Positions 42,070 to 52,477 are shown, counted from the stretch's first letter. The stretch: 64,000 bases of DNA from Bacillota bacterium (GCA_021768705.1 JAETUG010000002.1:68336-132335); one strand, 5' to 3'. Numbers and translations are program-made. The notes: generated by a model not told the origin, from the sequence alone.

Positions 42070-42216
42070 GGAGTTTTCTCCTCTTTTCTTCTTTTTCTTT
42101 ATCATAGCATAAGATAGGCGGGAATTTTTGAAATTTCTCTTAAAATTGCAGAAAAATAAAAAAACTGCTCTTCGGCAGTCGATTGCAATGAAGAATGTCA
42201 ACTTCGTTGACCCACG

Positions 42217-42364
42217 AAAAAAGCCCGCCGGGGCAGGCGGGCTTAGAAAGGATAAGAAATGGGGTCATTTTCTTATCGTAAAAGGAGTTCAAATTCCTTT
42301 CGGATCATGCGGATAACCATGTGTTATACACAGGGAAGTGGTGGTTATCCACAAACTTATCCAC
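42217..42364 (-). ncRNA. Candidate sRNA with C-rich loops, overlapped by DnaA boxes
   Basis: Promoter TTGACA(42394-99)-17-TATCTT(42371-76); no credible ORF; terminator AAGCCCGCC-TGCCCC-GGCGGGCTTTTTT. Confidence 0.6.
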
Positions 42365-42449
42365 ACACTTAAGATACCACATTCTTCCAGTATTGTCAAA
42401 TCGCAAGGTTTGTCGAAAATCGACGTTTTTCCACACTTTTGTCATCCTC

Positions 42450-42695
42450 CTACAGTAAAAAGCTCAGGACAAACATCCCTGCCACCCCGGGCATTCCCAG
42501 CAGGGCAGAAACTGCCAAGGTGGCAGCATTCACCCCCACGGCTGCCCCAAGGCTTTTTCCCAAAAAGAGGACACAGCCCCCGGCTATGGCAGAAAGTCCT
42601 AATTTGCAGAATACCTGCAAGGGCTTTGCCAGGGCGATCAACGCCAAGGCAAGCAGGCACACAAAGATTGCACAAACCATCACATAATTCCCCAT
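42450..42695 (-). CDS. bofA: Pro-sigmaK processing inhibitor BofA family
   Basis: Small hydrophobic protein with VGVN...LLGMPG, downstream of a yaaL-like gene. Confidence 0.75.
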   Translation of the reverse strand: MGNYVMVCAIFVCLLALALIALAKPLQVFCKLGLSAIAGGCVLFLGKSLGAAVGVNAATLAVSALLGMPGVAGMFVLSFLL

Positions 42696-42710
42696 ACATT
42701 TCCCCCTTTT

Positions 42711-42938
42711 CTAAATGGCACTTCGCTGATAACCGTTGGTCAGCCCCATTTCCTTGGCGGTTTTCAGGAAATATTCATATTTCTTCTGTAAGGCGATGAT
42801 CTCATAGATGTAGCTGTCGATGAGGGCTTCATCGGTGGCGTCCTCGAAGGAGCTGCGGGCACATTCCATCTGCAGCTGGATCTGGCGGATCGCAGCCAGA
42901 ATGGCCTGCCCCTCCGTCATGAGCCGTTCCTGTTTCAT
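42711..42938 (-). CDS. YaaL/DUF2508 family protein
   Basis: FEDATDEALIDSYIYE...KYEYFLK; sporulation-sigma-like GCATA-18-TATACTA at 42961-42990. Confidence 0.8.
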   Translation of the reverse strand: MKQERLMTEGQAILAAIRQIQLQMECARSSFEDATDEALIDSYIYEIIALQKKYEYFLKTAKEMGLTNGYQRSAI

Positions 42939-43025
42939 GGCAAGACCCCCTTTTTACTCTTAGTATAGGATAAAATAGGAAATTTTATGCTATAAAATAA
43001 GGAAAAACAGAAATACGGTTACGGC

Positions 43026-43114
43026 TTAGAAAAATATTCTGCAAAAACAAAAACCGAAAGCAGCCTTGATTGCAAGGATTTCTTTCGGTTTCTTTCTGAT
43101 ACGGACACCTCTAA
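43026..43114. repeat. MITE-like repeat family 2, copy 2
   Basis: TTAGAA...AAAAACCGAAAG...CTTTCGGTTT...CACCTCTAA. Confidence 0.7.
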
Positions 43115-43123
43115 GGGTGGACT

Positions 43124-43828
43124 TTATGAAAGCATCTGCAGTTTTTTCAATTCTTCTTCTGTCAGCTCCCGACATTCTCCCTCTGCCAAATCATCGGGCA
43201 GATAAAGATCGCCCATGGCGATGCGGTGCAGCTCCACCACCTTTGCCCCATAACAGCCAAACATCCGCTTGATCTGGTGATATCTGCCCTCTCTCAAGGT
43301 CACTTTGGCAGTCCGCTCCCCAGTGATGATTAGTGATGCCTCCTTACAGAGACCATCATTCAGTTCCACCCCTGCAGCAAAGCCCTTCTGCATTTCCTCT
43401 GTCACGGGGATGTCCAGCTCCACTCCATAGACCTTCTGCACATGCTTTCTGGGAGAAAGGATGTTATGGGCCAATACGCCGTCATCAGTAATAATCATCA
43501 GCCCTGTCGTGTCCTTATCCAGCCTGCCTGCAGGAAACAGATCCCGTCCCTTGAATTCGGACGGCACCAATGCCAGCACCGTCTGATGTTCCTTATCCTC
43601 TGTGGCAGAAACGTAGCCCTTGGGCTTGTAAAGCATCAGATAAATCTGATTTTTCACCGTCAAAGGCTTGCCATCGATGGTGATCACGTTTTTCTCCGGG
43701 TCTGCCTTCTGGCTGGAGGAACGCACCACTTCCCCGTCGATGGCCACCCGTTTTCTGCTGACCAGATATTTCACATCACTGCGGGAATACAACCCCTGGG
43801 ATGCAATAATCTTATCGATTCTATCCAT
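43124..43828 (-). CDS. RsuA-family pseudouridine synthase
   Basis: S4 domain, GRLDKDTTGL, EGRYHQIKRM. Confidence 0.92.
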   Translation of the reverse strand: MDRIDKIIASQGLYSRSDVKYLVSRKRVAIDGEVVRSSSQKADPEKNVITIDGKPLTVKNQIYLMLYKPKGYVSATEDKEHQTVLALVPSEFKGRDLFPAGRLDKDTTGLMIITDDGVLAHNILSPRKHVQKVYGVELDIPVTEEMQKGFAAGVELNDGLCKEASLIITGERTAKVTLREGRYHQIKRMFGCYGAKVVELHRIAMGDLYLPDDLAEGECRELTEEELKKLQMLS

Positions 43829-43844
43829 AGATTTTTCCTTTCTG

Positions 43845-44708
43845 TTAAAAAATCGTTTCTTCCGCCATGAATTTCTGCAGGTCTGCAAAGGCTTTTTCCG
43901 CCTGTTGATAGCCGTGGCGGTAAAATTTCATCAGCTTATGATAATCCCGCTCCAACCGCTTCACTTCCTGCATTTCCGGACGGATGGAAAAGACCTTTCC
44001 TTCCTCCTCCATCTGATGGATGAAATCCAATGTTTCATTATAGACCTGGGGGCGGTTCAGCATAGCTTTCGCAAAGGCAGGATATTTCTTCCGATTTCTG
44101 CGGGCCAGCATTTTTGTCCCCTTGGAAAGCTTCATACAAAATTCCTTCCTTCTGGTCTCCACGACCACCACTTTATCACAGCCCATGGCAAAGGCACGGC
44201 GTACGGAAATGGAATCCGCCACGCCCCCATCGGCATAGGGAATACCGTCTACCTCGACCACCGGCGTTGCCCCGGGCAGAGCAGAGGAAGCCATGCCAAT
44301 GGTCATCAAATGTCTGCGGTCTATGCCCTTGTCCCGCAAATATTCCGCTTTCCCCGTCAGGCAATTGGTGGCGGTATATTCCCGTTCCACAGGGTTTGCA
44401 AAATAGCCGTCAAAATCAAAGAGATTATATTTCGTGGGCACTTCCCAGTAAATCGTATTCATATCGAACAGATGCCCCGTTTTCAACAATGTTTTCAGTC
44501 CAAAATATTGATATTCTTTTTCCTTTGTGATATTGGTATCTCGAGAACGACCGATCTGCCCGGCGATATAATTCATGGCATTGCCGGCACCGGCGGAAGT
44601 CCCCACCACGTACTGAAACTGCACGCCCTTCTCCATCAGATAATCCAATACACCGGAAGTAAATACGCCCCGATTGGCGCCCCCTTCCAAAACCAAACCA
44701 ATTTTCAT
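43845..44708 (-). CDS. Patatin-family phospholipase
   Basis: LEGGANRG, GTSAG, DGG. Confidence 0.9.
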   Translation of the reverse strand: MKIGLVLEGGANRGVFTSGVLDYLMEKGVQFQYVVGTSAGAGNAMNYIAGQIGRSRDTNITKEKEYQYFGLKTLLKTGHLFDMNTIYWEVPTKYNLFDFDGYFANPVEREYTATNCLTGKAEYLRDKGIDRRHLMTIGMASSALPGATPVVEVDGIPYADGGVADSISVRRAFAMGCDKVVVVETRRKEFCMKLSKGTKMLARRNRKKYPAFAKAMLNRPQVYNETLDFIHQMEEEGKVFSIRPEMQEVKRLERDYHKLMKFYRHGYQQAEKAFADLQKFMAEETIF

Positions 44709-44795
44709 ACAAATCTTCTCCTTTTTTAAAAAGCCGTTGGAAAGAATCTCCCAACGGCTTCAGTATATCATTTATTTTTCTTTTTTCAAAGACGT

Positions 44796-47700
44796 TTATG
44801 CCTGTGCGGCTCTTTCCTTTGCCAATTCCTCCGCATGGAGCTTTGCATTTTTGGCAATGCGTTTCGCCGCCTTACGGGCATTGGCTTTCCGTTTTTTTTC
44901 ATTCATCCACATATACAGAACAGGGATGAAGATCAGCGTAACAACGGTAGACAAGGACAGGCCGAAGATAACCGCTATAGCCAGCGCCTGCATCATTTCA
45001 GAACCTTCGCTGGTAGCCAGTGCCATAGGCAACATACCCAAAACGGTGGTCAGGGTCGTCATCAGGATGGGGCGCAGACGACGGGGACCTGCTGTGGTCA
45101 GGGCGTCGTGACAGTTCATGCCACGGTCCATCAGCTGATTCGTATAGTCTACCAATACGATACCATTGTTAACTACCATGCCGACCAGCATAACGAAGCC
45201 CATCATCGCAGGCATTGTGATGGTATTGCCTGTAAGGAGCAGACCCAAGATCGCCCCTGTGATCGCCAAAGGCATGGAGAACATCACGATAAAAGGATAG
45301 CGCAGGGATTCAAACTGGGATGCCATGATCATATATACCAGCAGGACTGCAACGATCATTGCCGTAGTCAGGCTGCTGAAAGATTCATTCATCATTTCCA
45401 TCATACCGCCAAATTCATAGTGGCAGCCATCGGGCAGTTCAAAGTTTGCCATAGCTTCTTCCACCAGCTTCTGGGCCTCGCTGCCGCTCATGCCTTCCGC
45501 ATTGGCATTGATGGTGATATAGTTTTTCTGGTTTTCACGCATGATGGTGGTAGCACTTTCATCCATCGTCACTGTAGCGATATCGCTCAGGGGCACCTGT
45601 GTGCCGTAAGCAGAGGTTACAGTCAGATTCTTCAGGTCTGTCAGGTAATTCACTTCCTCTGTATCATAACGGATGACAACGTCGATCTCTGTACCGTCCA
45701 CCTTATACTGGGTTGCGGTAGAACCGGAGATCGCTGTGTTCAAAGCACCGGCTACAGATGCTGTGGTGATGCCATACTGGGAAGCCTTCCCTCTGTCAAT
45801 GGTTACCTTGGCTTCGGGAACCGTATCCCCTGTAGAGCCTTCTACTTCAGACAGACCGGGTACTTCGGACAGCATTGCCACCAATTCTTTTTCCACCTCT
45901 ACCAGAGTAGGGGAATCATAGCCGTATACATTCATGGTCACATCGGCAGAAGCCAGAGAGCCCATAGCAGAATTGGAGGAAGCTACAGTGATCTTCGCAC
46001 CGGGGATATCCGCCAGCAGGTCTTTGATCTCTTCACAGACCTCATCGGTGGAACGATCTCTATCCTTCTTATCCACCAGATTGATGACGATAGAAGAAGA
46101 GTTTGTGCCGCTACTCATCATACCGGAACCAACGCTGGCATAAACCAGTTCCCGTTCGGGAATATCCTGCAGGCGATACAGCACTTCCAGTGTGGTTTCT
46201 TCTGTCGTATCCAAATCGGTACCATTGGGCAGCTCTACGGTAATATTGGCAGTCCCCTGGTCCATGCTCGCCATAAAGTCCATACCGGCGATGGGAACGG
46301 TGAACAAACTCAGGATGAATACAGCGATAACGGTAATGACTGTTTTCTTTCTGTGGCGCAGAGCCCATTTCAGGATCTTTTCATATCTTCTGCCGAGGGT
46401 GTCAATGGCCGCATCCCAATGATCCAGGAATTTCAGGAATCTTGTATTTTTCCAGTTGATGGATTTCGTTTCTTTTTTCAGCAGCAGCCCGCAAGCCATG
46501 GGAACGAAGGTCAGTGCTACAATAACCGATGCCACCAGGGCATATACGATGGTAAAGGACAGGTTCTGCATCATGGCACCGGTGGTACCGCCGGTCAGTG
46601 CCAAGGGCACGAATACGGCTACGGTAGTCAAGGTAGAAGCTGTGATCGCCATGGAAACTTCCTTGGAACCGATCTCCGCCGCTTCTACGGCAGAATAGCC
46701 TCTTTCATAATATTGATAAATACTATCCAGCACAACGACGGAGTTATCTACCAGCATACCGATACCGATAGCCACACCGCCCATGGAGATCATGTTCATA
46801 TTGATGCCCGTCACATACATCATGGCAAAGGTAGCCATAATGGAGGTAGGGATGGAAACGGCGATGATACCTGCCGTTACGGCATTTTTCAGGAACAGCA
46901 GCAGGACAAAGAAGGCGATAACTGCTGCCAGCAGTGCTGTCTGCGTGATATTGGACAGGGACATTTCGATATATTCCGCTGTATCTGTCAGCAGATTGAT
47001 ATCCAGTTCAGGATAATCCTCCTGCAGTTCGGCAATCTCTTTTTTCAGGGAATCGCTGACTTTTACCAGATTGGCTGTAGATTGTTTATCGACGGAGATC
47101 AGGATACCCTTTTCCCCGTTTACATACATAAAGGAATCTCTGTCTGCTTCGACCTCTTCCACACGGGCAACGTCGCTCAGGTGGATGACGCCCCCTGTGC
47201 CTGTGGTGATGGGCAGATTATTGATCTGCTGAATGGATGTAAATTCACCAATGGTACGGACAGAAACGGTGGTATTGCCCTGAGACAGATCGCCGGAGGG
47301 CAGGTTCATATTTTCCGCCGCCAAAATTCCCGACAGAGTGGAGGTAGTCAGGCCATAGCCAGCCAGCTTCGCAGGGTCTACCGTGATACGCACCTCACGG
47401 GTGATGCCGCCGGAAAGGTCAACGGAGGCAACGCCTTCGATACGTTCCAGTCTGTTGACAACATTATCCTCCAACAATTCATTCAGGGCAGTCAAGTCCA
47501 GATTTTCCGCCTTGACCCCGATCATGATGGGGATGGCATTGATATCCATTTTGATAACCATAGGGTCGCCGGCATCATCGGGCAGACCGGATTTGATCTG
47601 GTCCAGCTTATCCCGCATATCCACGGCAGCCATATCGATATCGGTACCGTCTACAAACTGCAGCACGACCATAGAGACATTTGCCGAGGAAACAGAGGTG

Positions 47701-47936
47701 ATGGTATCCACATTGGAAATGGAGCCCAGACCTTCTTCCAAAGGCTTGGAAATCAAGTTTTCGATTTCCTCGGGGGATGCGCCCACATAGGTGGTCGCCA
47801 CAACGGCGATGGGCAGGTCTACATCAGGCATCAATGCCTGATCCAGATTAAAATAGGAAACGATCCCGGCAATGAACACCATCAGGGTGATCATAATGGT
47901 GGTTACGGGCTTTCTGATACAAAGCTTGGAGAACAT
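44796..47936 (-). CDS. RND efflux transporter, AcrB family
   Basis: GASPEEIE, GMLVDNSVVV, RLRPILMTT. Confidence 0.95.
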   Translation of the reverse strand: MFSKLCIRKPVTTIMITLMVFIAGIVSYFNLDQALMPDVDLPIAVVATTYVGASPEEIENLISKPLEEGLGSISNVDTITSVSSANVSMVVLQFVDGTDIDMAAVDMRDKLDQIKSGLPDDAGDPMVIKMDINAIPIMIGVKAENLDLTALNELLEDNVVNRLERIEGVASVDLSGGITREVRITVDPAKLAGYGLTTSTLSGILAAENMNLPSGDLSQGNTTVSVRTIGEFTSIQQINNLPITTGTGGVIHLSDVARVEEVEADRDSFMYVNGEKGILISVDKQSTANLVKVSDSLKKEIAELQEDYPELDINLLTDTAEYIEMSLSNITQTALLAAVIAFFVLLLFLKNAVTAGIIAVSIPTSIMATFAMMYVTGINMNMISMGGVAIGIGMLVDNSVVVLDSIYQYYERGYSAVEAAEIGSKEVSMAITASTLTTVAVFVPLALTGGTTGAMMQNLSFTIVYALVASVIVALTFVPMACGLLLKKETKSINWKNTRFLKFLDHWDAAIDTLGRRYEKILKWALRHRKKTVITVIAVFILSLFTVPIAGMDFMASMDQGTANITVELPNGTDLDTTEETTLEVLYRLQDIPERELVYASVGSGMMSSGTNSSSIVINLVDKKDRDRSTDEVCEEIKDLLADIPGAKITVASSNSAMGSLASADVTMNVYGYDSPTLVEVEKELVAMLSEVPGLSEVEGSTGDTVPEAKVTIDRGKASQYGITTASVAGALNTAISGSTATQYKVDGTEIDVVIRYDTEEVNYLTDLKNLTVTSAYGTQVPLSDIATVTMDESATTIMRENQKNYITINANAEGMSGSEAQKLVEEAMANFELPDGCHYEFGGMMEMMNESFSSLTTAMIVAVLLVYMIMASQFESLRYPFIVMFSMPLAITGAILGLLLTGNTITMPAMMGFVMLVGMVVNNGIVLVDYTNQLMDRGMNCHDALTTAGPRRLRPILMTTLTTVLGMLPMALATSEGSEMMQALAIAVIFGLSLSTVVTLIFIPVLYMWMNEKKRKANARKAAKRIAKNAKLHAEELAKERAAQA

Positions 47937-47939
47937 TTA

Positions 47940-49055
47940 TCATTCCCCCTTCTCTTCTGTTTTTTTGCTGGATGCTTCTGCTTTTGCAGGGTCGGCGTTG
48001 GAAACATTGACTTCTTCGCCGTCAGAAATATAGGTCTGACCCTTTGTGACAACGTCATCGCCGTCTTTCAGACCGCTGACGATCTCGATGGTGTCATCTG
48101 CTTCGATGCCCAATTCTACGGCCACTTTCTTTGCTATGCCGTTTTCCACAACGTAAACATAGGTTTCGTTGTCTTTTTCAATGACAGCGTTGCGGGGCAG
48201 GATAATCGTATCTTCAGCGCTTTCCATGGTGAAGTTTACTTCTGCCATCATGCCGGATTTGATCTTACCGTCTTTGTTATTCAGTTCCACCTTTACGGTA
48301 TACATGCCTGTCTGGCCTGCAGCAGGAGCAATGGTAGAAACTTTACCCGTCAGGGGTTCTTCGGAAACGGCTGTCATTTTTACGGAAACCTGATCGCCCA
48401 CATGGATGGTATTTAACACCTGTTCGGAAACGCCCACTTCCACTTTAATGGTGGACAGATCCATAACGGTATACGCAGGCGCCGCCTGAGAAGCAAAACC
48501 GCCCCGTTCCACGCCTCTTGTGGCAATGACGCCTGCCATAGGGGAGGTTACGGAACAATCGCTGATGTTCTTTTTCAGGTTATCCATCTGCACCTGGATA
48601 GAGGTGAGCTGCGCTTCCGCCGAATCATAAGCATATTTGATCTGATCGAATTCCTGCTTGGAGATGATCTCTTCATCATACAGCAGCTTATTATTTTCAT
48701 ATGTAGATTTTGCATTATCTCTGCCCAGCTTAGCGGCATTATAATTTGCTTCCAGAGAACGCATATTATTCTGCAGGTCGGTGGCATCTACAGTAAACAA
48801 AACTGCCCCCTGCCCAACTTTATCGCCTACTTCATAATTGTAATTGATGACCTTGCCGGGTACAGTGGGCACAACAGCAACCTCCTTGGAAGGGGCTGCT
48901 TTGCCTGTGTAAGCAAATTCGCTGGAGATCTCCCCTTTGCCTACCGTTGTGATCTCAACGGAGCGCAGATTTTTTTCCTCTGCAGCTTCCTCTTTGCCAC
49001 AGGCTGTCCCCAGTGCCATACACAGAGCCAATGCGATCAATGCTTTCTTTTTCAT
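47940..49055 (-). CDS. RND membrane fusion protein (lipoprotein)
   Basis: Lipobox LGTAC, lipoyl halves and alpha-hairpin; ATGA overlap with the marR stop. Confidence 0.9.
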   Translation of the reverse strand: MKKKALIALALCMALGTACGKEEAAEEKNLRSVEITTVGKGEISSEFAYTGKAAPSKEVAVVPTVPGKVINYNYEVGDKVGQGAVLFTVDATDLQNNMRSLEANYNAAKLGRDNAKSTYENNKLLYDEEIISKQEFDQIKYAYDSAEAQLTSIQVQMDNLKKNISDCSVTSPMAGVIATRGVERGGFASQAAPAYTVMDLSTIKVEVGVSEQVLNTIHVGDQVSVKMTAVSEEPLTGKVSTIAPAAGQTGMYTVKVELNNKDGKIKSGMMAEVNFTMESAEDTIILPRNAVIEKDNETYVYVVENGIAKKVAVELGIEADDTIEIVSGLKDGDDVVTKGQTYISDGEEVNVSNADPAKAEASSKKTEEKGE

Positions 49056-49531
49056 TCTTTCCATCCTCCTACATTGAATAATTCCATCAATTCTTTCACT
49101 TTTGTATAAATCAAACTGCGTCTTTCTTCGTCCATCTGATCGAAAACCACAGCCGCATTTTCAATCAGAATATTCATGGTTTCCTCAACGGCCTTTTTGC
49201 CCTTGGGGGTTAGGGAGACATAGACCTTTCTGCCGTCATCGCCGCCCTTTGCCGCTTTTTTCTGCACAAAGCCCGCTGCCTGCAGCTTGGAAAGCATCAG
49301 AGAAAGGCTGCCTTTGCTGATACACAGCTCCGAGGAAAGGGCAGAAACCGTATCCAACTCCGGATTCCAACGTAAAAATGCAAGAAGCTTTAGCTGATGT
49401 TGGGTCAGCCCCAGCTCTTCCAAACGCTTCACCACTTTATCCTTTGCGGCATATTCCTTGTTCCAGCGGGCCATGCTTTCACCCAGTTTCATCATATTCG
49501 TAACAATGTCCCTGCCTGTCACAGCTTCCAT
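49052..49531 (-). CDS. MarR-family regulator
   Basis: ISKGSLS...DGRKVYVSLTPKG. Confidence 0.9.
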   Translation of the reverse strand: MEAVTGRDIVTNMMKLGESMARWNKEYAAKDKVVKRLEELGLTQHQLKLLAFLRWNPELDTVSALSSELCISKGSLSLMLSKLQAAGFVQKKAAKGGDDGRKVYVSLTPKGKKAVEETMNILIENAAVVFDQMDEERRSLIYTKVKELMELFNVGGWKE

Positions 49532-49591
49532 TTTCCTACTCCTCTCTCCCCAAATCATGAAAAAATCTCTTATATTACACAATATGAATTG

Positions 49592-49640
49592 ATTTTAATA
49601 TAAAACCAATTATAAGTCAATTTATTTTTAAAGTAAAACT
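49592..49640 (-). promoter_or_regulatory. marR operon promoter with two putative operators
   Basis: TTGACT-17-TAAAAT, overlapped and flanked by two TTTTA-N3-TAAAA palindromes. Confidence 0.55.
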
Positions 49641-49744
49641 AATTTTTTCCTGGAAAATCCCCATAGAATATGTTAAGATATTCTACAATGCTTATCCCCA
49701 AGGGGATATCCAAGACTTCAAGCAAAAATGGAGGATTGATTTTT

Positions 49745-50632
49745 ATGGATTTCCGTGTCGTCAGTGACAGTTCCTGCGATATTTCTCCGGAACAGGAAAA
49801 AACATACGAGATCGGCATCGTACCTTATTATGTTTCCTTCGATGGGGAAACCTACCGCAAAGAAAGGATAGATCTTTCTGCGGAGGAATTTCATCGGGAA
49901 ATGGCAGAAAATCCCGATGTTTTTCCGAAAACATCCATGCCCACTCAGGTAGACTTTTACAACACCTTCCTGCCCTATGCGAAGGCAGGGGAAAAGGTAC
50001 TGTATTTCAACCTGTCTTCCAAATTCAGCAGCTCTTTCCAGAGCGCGAATCTGGCGGCAGAAGCACTGATGGAAGAATACCCCAGCTGTCAAATCGTAGT
50101 CATCGACAGCATGTCTGCCACAGTACAGGAAGGGCTTTTGGTGACAGAGGCAGCAAAAATGTCCCAGGCAGGCTTCTCCTTCAAAGAAACCATCCGCCGC
50201 ATCGAAGAACTGAAGCATACTTCCCGCATCTTCTTCACCTGTGCAGACCTTTCCTATCTGAAGCATGGGGGGCGCATCGGCAACGTGCTGCAGCAGGCAG
50301 CCATCGCCCTGAAGATCAAGCCCATCATGTTTATGCACAGCGGCGAACTGCAGCCTGCCGGCATCGCCCGCAGCAGAAAAAAATCCCTGCAAAAGGTCAT
50401 CAGCGATGCACAGGCGTTCTTTAAGGATAAAAACATCAACGACTATCGCATTTGCACCGGCTGCGGCTATGACAAAGAAGAATTCAATCAATTTCGGGCA
50501 GATGTGGAAGCAGCCATGAGGGAGATCGGCTTCGAAGGAGAGATCGAAGCCTACCAGATCGGCTCCACCATTGGCGTACACACAGGCCCTACCCCCATCG
50601 GCATCGCCGTGATCAAAAAATACAATAGCTGA
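49745..50632 (+). CDS. DegV-family fatty acid-binding protein
   Basis: SDSSCD, PKTS, YLKHGGRI, GVHTGP. Confidence 0.92.
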   Translation: MDFRVVSDSSCDISPEQEKTYEIGIVPYYVSFDGETYRKERIDLSAEEFHREMAENPDVFPKTSMPTQVDFYNTFLPYAKAGEKVLYFNLSSKFSSSFQSANLAAEALMEEYPSCQIVVIDSMSATVQEGLLVTEAAKMSQAGFSFKETIRRIEELKHTSRIFFTCADLSYLKHGGRIGNVLQQAAIALKIKPIMFMHSGELQPAGIARSRKKSLQKVISDAQAFFKDKNINDYRICTGCGYDKEEFNQFRADVEAAMREIGFEGEIEAYQIGSTIGVHTGPTPIGIAVIKKYNS

Positions 50633-50791
50633 TCCTATGTTCCCATAAAAAATTGAAATAGCGCACCTTTTCGCAAAAAACTGCCCTTGGCAGATGGCGG
50701 AAAGGTGTTTTTCATTTCTACAGGGTTTTGAAAACCACAAGAAAACAGAAAGGATACTCCGGAAAAGAGTATCCTTTTCTAGTTCTATTTT

Positions 50792-51085
50792 ATGGCTGGG
50801 GAGAATGCTTTGGTGCAGGAAATACGGAAAGCCAATGCAGATCACATACAGGATACTTTCACGGAAAATGATGCAAGAAACGCCGTTGTTCTCATGCTGG
50901 GTATCACGAACACTGAAACGTACATCGAACCCGATTGTATCATCCCTGGCCGTGTTTCCATCGGCAAAAATACTGCTGTCATGACGGGCAATGTCATCAA
51001 TATTGATGTAGAAATCGGCGCAGATGCTGCGGTGACAGAAAGAGGTTCCCGTCGGGGCTGTGGCAACCGTTTCTCCATTTTTTAA
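50792..51085 (+). pseudogene. Hexapeptide-repeat (PglD/NeuD-like) acetyltransferase relic
   Basis: VSIGKNTAVMTGNVINIDVEIG left-handed beta-helix fragment, far too short for a full enzyme. Confidence 0.5.
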
Positions 51086-51208
51086 TGTTTCATTTCGCAA
51101 AATTGTTACAAAGTTGTTAAGACACAAATAGTGACATTCGGAGAAAGATAGTGTAAAATGAAAGAAATATTACCAATAAACGGAAAAATAGAAAGGGAGA
51201 AACGGGGC

Positions 51209-51922
51209 ATGAAAAATTATGACATTGCATTTTCCGAAATGGAAAATCGATTGATCTATGAAGCCAGAATGATTCCACCCAGGATGGAGACCATAGAATC
51301 TCTTCTGCAGGCGGGAGCGGATCTGAATAAAACCGGTACGGAACGAAATGTATTTCTGACTATCTTGGAGTATTATGGAGAATATGTGGATGAAAACGGC
51401 GATGTAAAGGAAACGGGAAACTACCTTCCCGACTTGCTGGAGCTTTTTTTCCGCTATGGGTTGGATATAAAAGTGAAAAATGAAGATGATATGAGTGCCG
51501 TATGGTGCTTTGTCTGGCCTACTGCCATGGACGAAAGCATGCTGAAAGCGGCAGAGCTGCTTTTGCAAAAGGGCGCAAAGGTCAATGCCCGCTACCAGAA
51601 CGAAACCCCTTTGGATTATCTGGAAGAATCCCTGAAGCAGGCCAAGGAAAGCGGCAGTTGGACGGAATTGGACCGTTTTCGGGAAAAATATCGGGCTTTG
51701 CTGCTCCGCTACGGCGGCGCCCCTCGCTACAGAGGCTATGTGGGTTGGGTCAATCCGGAATTGGACGAAAAAGAACGCCCTCTCCTTTGGGGGGATAAAA
51801 GCAGACGGGCCAAACTGAACCGCAATTACCGTTTCCATTACAACGAAGCAGAGGAAAACTTCGATCTGGTGGATATCAAAACGGATCAGCTGATCGGAAA
51901 ATACTACCCGACCAAGCACTGA
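51209..51922 (+). CDS. Ankyrin-repeat-like protein
   Basis: LLQAGADLN, LLLQKGAKVN...ETPLD. Confidence 0.7.
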   Translation: MKNYDIAFSEMENRLIYEARMIPPRMETIESLLQAGADLNKTGTERNVFLTILEYYGEYVDENGDVKETGNYLPDLLELFFRYGLDIKVKNEDDMSAVWCFVWPTAMDESMLKAAELLLQKGAKVNARYQNETPLDYLEESLKQAKESGSWTELDRFREKYRALLLRYGGAPRYRGYVGWVNPELDEKERPLLWGDKSRRAKLNRNYRFHYNEAEENFDLVDIKTDQLIGKYYPTKH

Positions 51923-52006
51923 GAATCCATTCCTTTCCTTGTATGCGTTGATAAAATATGATACAATCAACGAAGCAGGAACAAAAACAAGAAGGGATGA
52001 TTCTAC

Positions 52007-52429
52007 ATGAGAAAAAAATTATTTGCATTGCTGACGATCTTAATTTTGGCACTGACCGGCTGCGGTGGCGATTACACAACTGTTTTTGATAAAGTGAACA
52101 CCGTGGAAGGCGTGACACTGACATTGCAGGCAGATACATTGAAAGGCTCCAGAGCCACATTTATCATCAAAAATGATTCTGCGGAAGATGTTCTGTTCGA
52201 CCCTGTAGAATACCATCTGGAAAGCAAGAACAAAGAAGGTGTATGGGAAGAAAGCATCGGTACAAGAGAATCCCAGTGGAAACGGGAAACCACAGAAACA
52301 ATCCCTGCCGGCACTTCCATGGAAAAAGAAGTTGACTGGAAGGGTCTCTGCGGCAGCATCGGCAGCGGCCAGCACCGTGTGATCCTGATCGTAAATGACC
52401 AGCCCATAGCCTGTGAATTTGAAAAATAA
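52007..52429 (+). CDS. Lipoprotein with Ig-like domain
   Basis: Lipobox LTGC; beta-rich body. Confidence 0.7.
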   Translation: MRKKLFALLTILILALTGCGGDYTTVFDKVNTVEGVTLTLQADTLKGSRATFIIKNDSAEDVLFDPVEYHLESKNKEGVWEESIGTRESQWKRETTETIPAGTSMEKEVDWKGLCGSIGSGQHRVILIVNDQPIACEFEK

Positions 52430-52477
52430 CAAAACTACCAAAGACCTGACTGATTCGTCAGGTCTTTTTGCTTTCCA

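Noticed and set aside
44835-48416. Very long antisense ORFs (1193 aa here; also 31158-33344, 26284-28152, 8384-9850, 14995-16416)
   Set aside because: They mirror well-recognised genes, lack motifs and RBSs, and are expected from the codon bias of the sense genes.
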